Source: Opitutales bacterium (GTDB lineage: Bacteria; Verrucomicrobiota; Verrucomicrobiia; Opitutales; UBA953). From it: a DNA stretch of 64,000 nucleotides. Positions 59,251 through 64,000 of the stretch are shown here, one piece after another. A model generated the notes under the pieces. That model worked only from the letters and a program-made list of their open reading frames with translations, was not told the origin of the DNA and did no database searches. The stretch is from assembly GCA_009691685.1 (NCBI GenBank), contig SIAU01000003.1, positions 4,323 through 68,322 of the forward strand, in the 5' to 3' direction. Every line of letters starts with the position of its first letter. Positions within the stretch are counted from its first letter, which is position 1. The position numbers and the translations under genes are program-made.

Positions 59251-60306
59251 ATGCGGCCCACTTTATTATTTATTTCAGTCAACGATGGTAGTGATACGAG
59301 AATTTTTAAGGAAATAAAAAGTCTGAGCCAAGATTTTGAAATTACCTTTATCGGCATTCAAACCCCCACCTCGACGACTTCCATGCTGCCTACGAGTTGT
59401 CGCACTTTCTTTATTAAAGGTCTCCGACGCTCCCCGTTAACCATCGCCAAGTTATTTTTTCAAGTAGCCCGGCTGCGTCCTTGGAGATTTAGCTCCGTCC
59501 ATGTCATCAATGAAAACCTAGCGTTAGTTTTGTTCCCGTTACTCATGTTAGCACGTCACTGGGCCTTAGATATTTTTGATTCATTTTTTCTTAAGTCGAA
59601 CTCGCGCCTCATGAGTATATTTAAAGCCACTCTACAGAGAATCATTTATAGTTCGGCGTCGGTTATTTTGGTGACGGATGACGCCCGACTTAATTTATTA
59701 CCCGAGTGGTCCAGGGCAAAAACACGAGTTTTACCTAATTATCCTTTAACGGATGGTTCTCATAACAGCTTACGGCCAAGTCGCGAGGGCCCCCTCACGA
59801 TTTTCTTTTCCGGTTCCATTGGTCGCGACCGCGGGATCCCGTTTTTAGTTAATTTAATAAAACATGACGCTCAATTAGTCGTTCATGCCGCGGGTTGGCT
59901 TTATGATCAACAGGGCGAAGAGCTCACCCGGCATCCTCAAGTTAAATACCATGGAGTGGTTCACCAAACGGCTGCTGCGGAAATCGCCAAGCAGTGTGAC
60001 TACATTCTTTGCCTCTATGAGCCTAATATTGTTAACAATATTTACGCTTCGCCCAATAAGATTTACGATGGCATTCAGGCTGGCGTTCCTGTAATCATTA
60101 ACCAAGAGGTTTTAGTTTCTGCTTTTGTTCGTGATGAGAAACTTGGGGTTGTTTTAGACTCTTACAGACCTACGAATATCACCGCTGTTTTGGAAGAATT
60201 AAAAGCAAAGCGATATCAATTTACCCATATCGCAAAGATGCAGGGAAAGTACACCTGGGAAAAAATTGAACCAGTGTTAGTCTCGGCGCATTCTAAATCA
60301 CAGTAA
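59251..60306 (+). CDS. putative GT-B glycosyltransferase
   Basis: ATG at 59251 is preferred over TTG at 59242. C-terminal FSGSIGRDRGI ... NKIYDGIQAGVPVI pattern. Confidence 0.55.
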   Translation: MRPTLLFISVNDGSDTRIFKEIKSLSQDFEITFIGIQTPTSTTSMLPTSCRTFFIKGLRRSPLTIAKLFFQVARLRPWRFSSVHVINENLALVLFPLLMLARHWALDIFDSFFLKSNSRLMSIFKATLQRIIYSSASVILVTDDARLNLLPEWSRAKTRVLPNYPLTDGSHNSLRPSREGPLTIFFSGSIGRDRGIPFLVNLIKHDAQLVVHAAGWLYDQQGEELTRHPQVKYHGVVHQTAAAEIAKQCDYILCLYEPNIVNNIYASPNKIYDGIQAGVPVIINQEVLVSAFVRDEKLGVVLDSYRPTNITAVLEELKAKRYQFTHIAKMQGKYTWEKIEPVLVSAHSKSQ

Positions 60307-60307
60307 T

Positions 60308-61315
60308 ATGATACCCCCTGCTCATCATTCCCCTAGATTACTATCGCTCGTTATTCCCTGTTACAATGAAGAGGCGGTGGTTTCTGAAACCGTAAAAAGA
60401 CTAAAATCTTTCGCGGCAGATTTAAAAAATATAGATATAGAATTTATTTTTATTGATGATGGCTCGCGCGATCAAACGCGTGCCATACTTAAATCGTTTG
60501 CGGTATCCGATACCCGTATAAAGATTATTAGTTTTGCTCGTAATTTTGGGCAACAAGTGGCTATGACAGCGGGACTTGATGCTTCTCGTGGCGACGCCGT
60601 TGTTTTGATTGATGCTGATTTACAAGACCCACCTGAAGTTATTCATGAGATGATTAAAAAATGGGAAGAAGGTTATGATGTTATTTATGGAACCCGAACC
60701 GAGCGACCTGGTGAATCCGTGTTTAAATTGGCTACTGCTCGCCTATTTTATCGTTTATTAAATAAACTATCATCTGTGCCGATTCCCCTAGATACTGGGG
60801 ACTTTAGGCTCATGAGTCTTCCCGTGGTTGATGTACTTAGGGCCATGCCTGAGCGTGATCGCTTCATTCGAGGAATGGTCAGTTGGGTCGGATTTAAACA
60901 AATAGCGCTTCCTTATAAGCGCGCTCAGAGATTTGCCGGAGAAACTAAATACCCGCTCAAAAAAATGATTACATTCGCTTTTGATGGCATATTGTCATTT
61001 TCTTCTAAACCATTGGAGCTATCCCTCATTTTAGGAATGGGGATTACCGCTGTTTCCTCACTGGGTATTTTAGGAATTGCTGCACAGCGTTTCTTTGCGG
61101 GCGATTGGGTTTCACTCGAATTAATCGTACTTGTGGCTGTAGGTCTTTTGGGAGGCCTTCAATTGTTATGTCTGGGTATTCTTGGCCAATATATTGGCAG
61201 AATTTATAACGAAATTAAAAATCGCCCTCTTTATATTATTCAGGAGCACCAAGGATTTGGTGGGCGGTCACCTATCTACAGTCGAAGCCCGGTGGTCATG
61301 GAAAAACAGCCTTAA
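60308..61315 (+). CDS. GT2 polyprenyl-phosphate glycosyltransferase (GtrB/ArnC/DPM1-like)
   Basis: LSLVIPCYNEE, IDDGSRD and DADLQDPPE motifs, with two C-terminal TM helices. Confidence 0.85.
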   Translation: MIPPAHHSPRLLSLVIPCYNEEAVVSETVKRLKSFAADLKNIDIEFIFIDDGSRDQTRAILKSFAVSDTRIKIISFARNFGQQVAMTAGLDASRGDAVVLIDADLQDPPEVIHEMIKKWEEGYDVIYGTRTERPGESVFKLATARLFYRLLNKLSSVPIPLDTGDFRLMSLPVVDVLRAMPERDRFIRGMVSWVGFKQIALPYKRAQRFAGETKYPLKKMITFAFDGILSFSSKPLELSLILGMGITAVSSLGILGIAAQRFFAGDWVSLELIVLVAVGLLGGLQLLCLGILGQYIGRIYNEIKNRPLYIIQEHQGFGGRSPIYSRSPVVMEKQP

Positions 61316-61329
61316 AATAATTTAAAAAA

Positions 61330-62964
61330 GTGTTTTCTGAGCATTTTATTAAAAGCGGTCTTCGTTTTTTTATTGCAGGGTTATTTTTAACTCTCTGTGA
61401 TTTTTTCCTATTCAAACTTTTTGGTTACTGGGGTGTCTCGCCCTCACTGGCTCGCCTTGAGTCCTTTGCTGTTTCATTTTTAATATCCTTTGTTTTGCAT
61501 GAACGCTGGACGTTCCGGTCTGGTCAGTCTTGGACCAAGTCGCTCCTCCCTTATTTACAATCCCGCATCGGTTCATTTTTATTGGCCCAAGTTGTCTTTA
61601 TGCTGACGCATGATGGACTAGGTTTAAGCGATAACCTTTCATTTGCTATTCAGGTTCCCATTCAGCCAGCGGTTAATTTTTTTGCAGGTTATTTTTATGT
61701 GTTTAAAGAACGTCGCCCGGAAATTTCCTCACCAGAAAAGCGTTGGTGCTTTGAGGTTATTTTTGCCCCGATTTTATTGTTTATTATATTAGCAATACCC
61801 TTTCATAATAAGCTCATGCAGCACCCTATTTGGGTGGTGCCCTACACATCGGGGGCGGCTAATTGGTCAGTCGGACAACCTTGGAAGGTTGCCATCGGTG
61901 ATGATATTATTTATAAACAAAAAACTATAGAAGAAAGATGGAGTGACGTGGCTACTCCAGCAGTCCCTCCAGTAAGGCTAGTTGAATTTTCTGCACATGA
62001 TGAGGGCTGGATGTGGGTACTATGGTTCACCCGAAAAATTTTCCCATTCCTGAGTGATCTAAAAGGTGCAGTTGCGTTGGCCATAATTATACATTTGGGG
62101 CTATCTTGTGTTATTCTTAATCATTTAGATTCTGGTATCAGTCGATATATATTCACGGTAATTTTTATTTGTAATCCGCTAATTATTTTTTACTTAACAC
62201 TTCCATACTATTATTTTTGGCAGGCATTTCCCTCTCTCCTTGCCGTGATTGTTTGGCTCTATCGCGAAAAAATTAGAGTATGGCAGACCCCTCTGATAGC
62301 ATTATTTTTAGCCCTCTGTGTGGCTATCAGGCCTAACACTATTTTCATCTCTTTTGCGATATTGTTACTAGTGATATATTTTAGACGACATTGGATGAAT
62401 TACGTGAGCTTAGTTTTATTCACAGTCTGTTTTTGTTTCATACCTAAAACAAATAAAATACCTTGGCATACAGTCTATGCCGGACTGGGCGCCTATCCTA
62501 ATAATTCTAGTTTATATTTATCAGACGAGTCACCGTATGCCTCTTTTAGGAAACAGACAGGCATCAGCTTGAATACTGCATTTGGCGAAAATTATTACAA
62601 TTTAAAGATACGCGAGGAATATAATCAGCACCTTAAAAACGAATCATTAGAATACATTAAGAATCATCCCGTTCAGAGTCTCAAAAATGTAATTCTTAAT
62701 CTAAGTATCGGAATTTTTTCTCCCTATAAGCCAGGGTTGGCTCCATGGATTTATTATCTCCAGGCGGTGCTTGGACTAATCTTCTTAACGGCATTAATTT
62801 GGCTACGCCAGTGGCCAGTTCTAATCGGACTTGGTTTATCCTTAGGTTGTATCGCACTCATTTACCCACCCATCGCTGCTTATATTATAGGCAGTTTAGT
62901 TTTCACCGCTTTGGGTCTAACTCAAATCATCTCACATATCGTTACACGATTTAAAAAAGTATAA
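61330..62964 (+). CDS. GtrA-like domain fused to a large polytopic GT-C-like membrane protein
   Basis: Residues of about 1-125 form a four-TM GtrA-type domain (RFFIAGLFLTLCDFFLF ... HERWTFR ... NFFAGYFYVFKE). About 415 aa with roughly 10 more TM helices follow. GTG start. Confidence 0.6.
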   Translation: MFSEHFIKSGLRFFIAGLFLTLCDFFLFKLFGYWGVSPSLARLESFAVSFLISFVLHERWTFRSGQSWTKSLLPYLQSRIGSFLLAQVVFMLTHDGLGLSDNLSFAIQVPIQPAVNFFAGYFYVFKERRPEISSPEKRWCFEVIFAPILLFIILAIPFHNKLMQHPIWVVPYTSGAANWSVGQPWKVAIGDDIIYKQKTIEERWSDVATPAVPPVRLVEFSAHDEGWMWVLWFTRKIFPFLSDLKGAVALAIIIHLGLSCVILNHLDSGISRYIFTVIFICNPLIIFYLTLPYYYFWQAFPSLLAVIVWLYREKIRVWQTPLIALFLALCVAIRPNTIFISFAILLLVIYFRRHWMNYVSLVLFTVCFCFIPKTNKIPWHTVYAGLGAYPNNSSLYLSDESPYASFRKQTGISLNTAFGENYYNLKIREEYNQHLKNESLEYIKNHPVQSLKNVILNLSIGIFSPYKPGLAPWIYYLQAVLGLIFLTALIWLRQWPVLIGLGLSLGCIALIYPPIAAYIIGSLVFTALGLTQIISHIVTRFKKV

Positions 62965-62972
62965 TTTAATTT

Positions 62973-64000
62973 TATGAAAAAAACTGTCGCTATCATTGCC
63001 GGTACCCGTCCGGAGTGCGTAAAAATGGCCCCGATTTATTTCGCGCTCCAAGCGTCGAAAACTATCCAGCCGATTTTTCTTTCTACGGGCCAGCATCGGC
63101 AGATGTTGGATCAAACCCTCGGAGTGTTTGGTATTAAGCCAGAGTTTGATTTAAATCTGATGCAACCTGGGCAAACCTTGCCAGATCTCACGGGCCGCGT
63201 TATTCAAGCCGCCTCCGCTTGGTTTGTGGAACATAAGCCCGCTGCGGTTTTAGTCCAAGGCGACACGACCACCGTTTTGGCTTCCGCGATTGCTGCTTTT
63301 TATAACCGTATTCCAATTGGCCACGTTGAGGCAGGACTACGTACCGGAAATATGGATTCTCCCTTTCCAGAGGAGATGAATCGAAGACTGACCTCGCCCT
63401 TAGCACGCTGGAATTTTTGTCCGACCGAAATTTCTAAAGCTAATTTAGTTAAAGAGGGAATTAGCCCCAACTCTTGTTACGTTACAGGAAATTCAGTCAT
63501 CGATGCCTTGTTGCATGTAAGGGGAAAACAAAACTCTAGTGGACTATCGGCTCAATCGGTGGCCGAAAAAGTAGGAATTCCAGCCGCCTTCGCCCAGGAG
63601 TTTTTAGCGGATGGCGCACGTAAGCCTTGGATTTTGGTTACGGGTCACCGCCGTGAATCTTTTGGCGGAGGCTTTGAGCGCATTTGTGAATCCATCAATC
63701 GCCTTACGCAAATTCATCCTGATGTTGGCGTGCTTTATCCCGTGCACTTAAACCCGCAGGTCCAAGGACCTGTTAATCGTATTTTAGGATCTAATCCGCG
63801 CATCGCGTTAGTCGCTCCTGCGGCCTACGAGGAATTCGTCTGGTTGATGAATCGCTGCACCTTCCTGCTGAGCGACTCTGGCGGCGTGCAAGAAGAGGCT
63901 CCATCGTTAGGTAAGCCCGTATTAGTCATGCGCGATACCACTGAGCGCCCTGAGGGTATCGACGCTGGTACTTGTCGCCTCGTGGGTACCGACCCTGAAG
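62973..64000 (+). CDS. wecB: UDP-N-acetylglucosamine 2-epimerase (non-hydrolysing type), 3'-partial
   Basis: Not in the ORF track because it runs off the window. ATG at 62973, reading MKKTVAIIAGTRPECVKMAPI ... VLVQGDTTTVLA ... GHVEAGLRT ... PFPEEMNRR. Confidence 0.85.

Noticed and set aside
49000-63000. Apparent lower GC in the distal glycan locus as evidence of horizontal acquisition.
   Set aside because: Spot counts of single 60-nt lines ranged from 27 to 60 percent across the whole window, housekeeping genes included. Without a proper sliding-window calculation I cannot claim a compositional break.

Overview
Family calls below rest on motif recognition by eye; no searches were run. The window is a gene-dense bacterial chromosomal segment with no rRNA, CRISPR array, transposase or integrase that I can see. 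Roughly the first 35 kb is housekeeping. It holds purine biosynthesis (purE, purK, purN, purF), rRNA and ribosomal-protein methyltransferases (prmA, rsmD, rsmE), base-excision repair (mutM-like, SRAP/yedK-like) and pdxH. It also holds a complete F1Fo ATP synthase operon (atpBEFHAGDC, no atpI), pabB plus a pabC-like gene, lgt, a DegT-type aminotransferase, tRNA-Gly(UCC) and tRNA-Glu(UUC). From 36651 to the window end there is an uninterrupted + strand glycan (LPS/capsule-type) locus of about 27 kb. It encodes GDP-fucose synthesis (gmd, fcl), Kdo activation (kdsB, kpsF), UDP-ManNAcA and UDP-GlcA synthesis (wecB, wecC, ugd) and a nonulosonic-acid module with unusual fusions (NeuA-HAD, NeuB-SAF-cupin). 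It also encodes two Wzy_C-family proteins, a flippase, several glycosyltransferases, an acetyltransferase, a methyltransferase and a GtrB plus GtrA::GT-C pair. The observations most worth follow-up are: (1) an ops/JUMPstart-like motif in the leader of the glycan operon; (2) the NeuB-cupin / NeuA-HAD pair, which suggests a self-contained KDN-like pathway; (3) a 44-nt relic of an acetyltransferase 3' end that forms diverged direct repeats around the flippase gene; (4) an Asp-less OmpR-family regulator next to a perfect 12-bp palindrome; (5) an M50 site-2-protease gene followed by a tail-anchored HTH protein; (6) a translationally coupled Nudix / kinase-like orphan pair. A-rich, Shine-Dalgarno-poor leaders and the gene content are compatible with a PVC-superphylum (Verrucomicrobiota-like) organism, but that is only a guess.
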